Origin: Armatimonadota bacterium
GTDB lineage: Bacteria > Armatimonadota > SYMT01
Reading direction: 5' to 3'
Length of the DNA stretch: 64,000 nt
Assembly (NCBI GenBank): GCA_041690135.1
Contig: JAWLHY010000001.1
Coordinates: 1,376,001 to 1,440,000 of the forward strand
A program made the position numbers and the translations under genes. The notes under the pieces are model-generated. The model did no database searches. It saw only the letters and a list, made by a program, of their open reading frames with translations, and had not been told where the DNA came from. Below, one piece after another: positions 61,849 to 64,000 of this stretch (positions within the stretch are counted from its first letter, which is position 1; each line of letters begins with the position of its first letter).

Positions 61849-62855
61849 GCCGACATGTTTCTTTCCCACGCATGCGCCGGGCCCGGGGTCCCCTGAGGAG
61901 CGTCTCTACCCGCCGCGGCCTCGTGCTGCTCCTGGTGGGTGCCACGTCCCTTGCCGGACTTGGCGCAGAAGCGTTTGCCCAGTCAACCTCCGCACCGGTG
62001 GAGATCGCCGCGCGCGTCAACGGCGAGAGCATCACGAGGCAGCAGGTGGATGCGGGCGTGCCCGCCGATGCGTTCTCCCGCCGGGCCGCCGTGATCCGAC
62101 GGAACCGTCTCGAGCGCCTGGTGGATCAGGCCCTGGTCCGCCAGTTCCTCCAGTCGCAGAAGATCGCGGTGTCGGCCAAAGCCGTGGATGTCGGGGTGGC
62201 CGCCCTGCGGAAACTGCCGCCCGCGCAGCAGTGCCCCTGCTGCCGTTTTGCCACGCTGGACGAGTACCTGAAAGTGGAATCGATGACCCTGCCGGAACTG
62301 CGGGAGCAGGTCCGCAATGACCTGGGCCTGGAGCGGTACCTCTTCGGACTGTGGGAGAAGGCTTATCCCACCCGGCAGGCCCGGCTGTCCCGTGCCGCTG
62401 CCGAAAGCAGCCGCATCCGCGAGGAGTACGCTCGCGCGTGGCAGATCTTCTTCAACACCCTGCAGGTACCGGACGGGGAGAAAGACCCCACCGTGCTGCT
62501 GGCCCGAGCGCGCGCGAACTCCGCGAAGGCGTGGGACCGCCTTCAACGCGGCGAGCCTTTCGATCAAGTGGCGCGGGAGGTCTCCGAGGACCGGATGAGC
62601 CGCGGCCTGGGCGGCAAGCTCGGCTTCTTCCGCAAGCAGGTGTACGGTGGGGAGTTCGCGGCCCAGTTGGAGAAGATGAAGCCCGGCGAATTGAGCGAGC
62701 CGTTCCGCACCGTGTTCGGTTACCACATCGTGCGGCGGGAAGCGCTCACCGTGGCCGATGAGGTCTCCATTTGCAAGCGCGAGTTCATGGATGGGAAGCG
62801 CGCGGAGTTGATGGAGCGCCTCCGGAAGCAGGCGACCATCGAGCGCCGGCCATGA
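61845..62855 (+). CDS. PpiC/parvulin peptidyl-prolyl isomerase (SurA/PrsA-like)
   Basis: [19 protein letters not shown]...GG.LG, GE.SEP.RT.FGYHI; unusual CPCC. Confidence 0.85.
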   Translation: MSRHVSFPRMRRARGPLRSVSTRRGLVLLLVGATSLAGLGAEAFAQSTSAPVEIAARVNGESITRQQVDAGVPADAFSRRAAVIRRNRLERLVDQALVRQFLQSQKIAVSAKAVDVGVAALRKLPPAQQCPCCRFATLDEYLKVESMTLPELREQVRNDLGLERYLFGLWEKAYPTRQARLSRAAAESSRIREEYARAWQIFFNTLQVPDGEKDPTVLLARARANSAKAWDRLQRGEPFDQVAREVSEDRMSRGLGGKLGFFRKQVYGGEFAAQLEKMKPGELSEPFRTVFGYHIVRREALTVADEVSICKREFMDGKRAELMERLRKQATIERRP

Positions 62856-63454
62856 ACCCACCCATGATGAACCGAGCCGAACCGGAGCCCCTCCCGCGGG
62901 AGTTTTACCTTCAGCCCACCCTGGACGTGGCGTCACAGCTCCTCGGGTGTCTGCTGGTACACGAGTCGCCCGAAGGGATCACGGTGGGGAGAGTCGTGGA
63001 AACGGAAGCCTACCTCGTCGGCGATCCGGCCTGCCACGCCTACCGCGGACAAACGCCGCGCAATGCCGTAATGTTCGGACCTCCGGGCCGGGCCTACATC
63101 TACTTCACCTACGGGATGCACTGGTGCTTCAACGCGGTGACGGCTCCGGAGGGCATGGCCGAAGCGGTCCTGATTCGCGCCGTGGAACCCCTGGAAGGAC
63201 TGGAGTTGATGCGGAGTCGGCGGGGCGAGGTGGCCGACCGGCTCCTCTGCGCGGGACCCGCCCGCCTTTGTAGCGCGTTCGGCCTTTCGGGAGAGCAGAA
63301 CGGTTGGGACCTGGCCAGCCATCGGTTGCGGATCGGGGGAGAGCCGGGTACAGTGAGGGAGTGGGTGCAAACCACCCGCATCGGCATCTCGCAGGGTGCG
63401 GAACTGCCCTGGCGCTTCTATGAGAAGGACAGCCGCTTCATCTCCCGTAAATAA
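62852..63454 (+). CDS. mpg: DNA-3-methyladenine glycosylase (AAG/Mpg family)
   Basis: [46 protein letters not shown]. Confidence 0.93.
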   Translation: MNPPMMNRAEPEPLPREFYLQPTLDVASQLLGCLLVHESPEGITVGRVVETEAYLVGDPACHAYRGQTPRNAVMFGPPGRAYIYFTYGMHWCFNAVTAPEGMAEAVLIRAVEPLEGLELMRSRRGEVADRLLCAGPARLCSAFGLSGEQNGWDLASHRLRIGGEPGTVREWVQTTRIGISQGAELPWRFYEKDSRFISRK

Positions 63455-63460
63455 CTTTCC

Positions 63461-64000
63461 ATGAGCGAAGTTGCCCTGCCGTTCGGGGATCGGGTGGGAG
63501 ATTACCACTTGCTGCGGGAGTTGGGCCGCGGCGCCATGGGCGTCGTGTTCGAAGCTCGCGCGCCCGGTGAGGCGATTGTCGCTCTGAAGCTGCTCGTGCC
63601 CCCGCCACTTCTTCCGGACGCGGAACGGGAAGGTCTTCAGCGCCGGTTCACCCGGGAAGCCCGCGCCCTGAGTGCCATCGACCATCCGAACGTGGTGCGC
63701 GTCCACGAGTTCGGTGAGGCCGGCGGCAATTTCTACCTTGCGATGGAGCTGCTGGACGGCGCCAACCTGCGGGAGCTCCTTTCCGGCCGCGGTCCCCTTC
63801 CCCCCGCGGAAGCTGTGTCCATTGCCGTGCAACTGTGTCGGGCTCTCGAGGCGGTTCACCACGCGGGGATCATTCATCGGGATGTTAAGCCGGAGAATGT
63901 AATCGTTCTGCGGGATGGAACGGTGAAGCTCACCGACTTCGGGGTCGCATGGATGGAGAACGAAGCGACGCTCACTCGCACGGGAGGCATCCTGGGATCT
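63461..64000 (+). CDS. Hanks-type Ser/Thr protein kinase (runs off the window end)
   Basis: Manual translation: LGRGAMGVV, VALK, RF.REA, HRDVKPEN, KLTDFGVA. Confidence 0.92.
   Translation, partial: MSEVALPFGDRVGDYHLLRELGRGAMGVVFEARAPGEAIVALKLLVPPPLLPDAEREGLQRRFTREARALSAIDHPNVVRVHEFGEAGGNFYLAMELLDGANLRELLSGRGPLPPAEAVSIAVQLCRALEAVHHAGIIHRDVKPENVIVLRDGTVKLTDFGVAWMENEATLTRTGGILGS

Overview
High-GC bacterial chromosomal window. Gene content (futalosine-type menaquinone genes, DUF1540, zf-HC2 anti-sigma, HD-GYP/GGDEF fusion) suggests Armatimonadota or a similar lineage; this is inference only. It holds about 65 CDS: a long minus-strand housekeeping run (mqnL-mqnP-rnhA-pentapeptide-pyrF-dgt-ATL-LarA-like-HIT-RraA), Moco genes (moaA, moaD, moaE) with a RAYT transposase and its REPs lying among them, metH, dtd, an ECF sigma/anti-sigma pair, a P450 and a MacB-type ABC/DUF3299/PPIase operon. 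No rRNA, tRNA or CRISPR was seen. Three signals stand out. (1) A probable selenoprotein split in the ORF track: in-frame TGA in a C-Y-T-U motif followed by a SECIS-like hairpin (57687-58460, minus). (2) A tightly coupled operon of membrane-anchored ankyrin protein, STAND/NB-ARC ATPase without an obvious effector, and GNAT acetyltransferase (52875-57759). (3) A 19-20 nt hairpin micro-element inserted three times into unrelated repeats, each of which is restored when the element is removed. All product calls come from motif recognition by eye; no database search was run.
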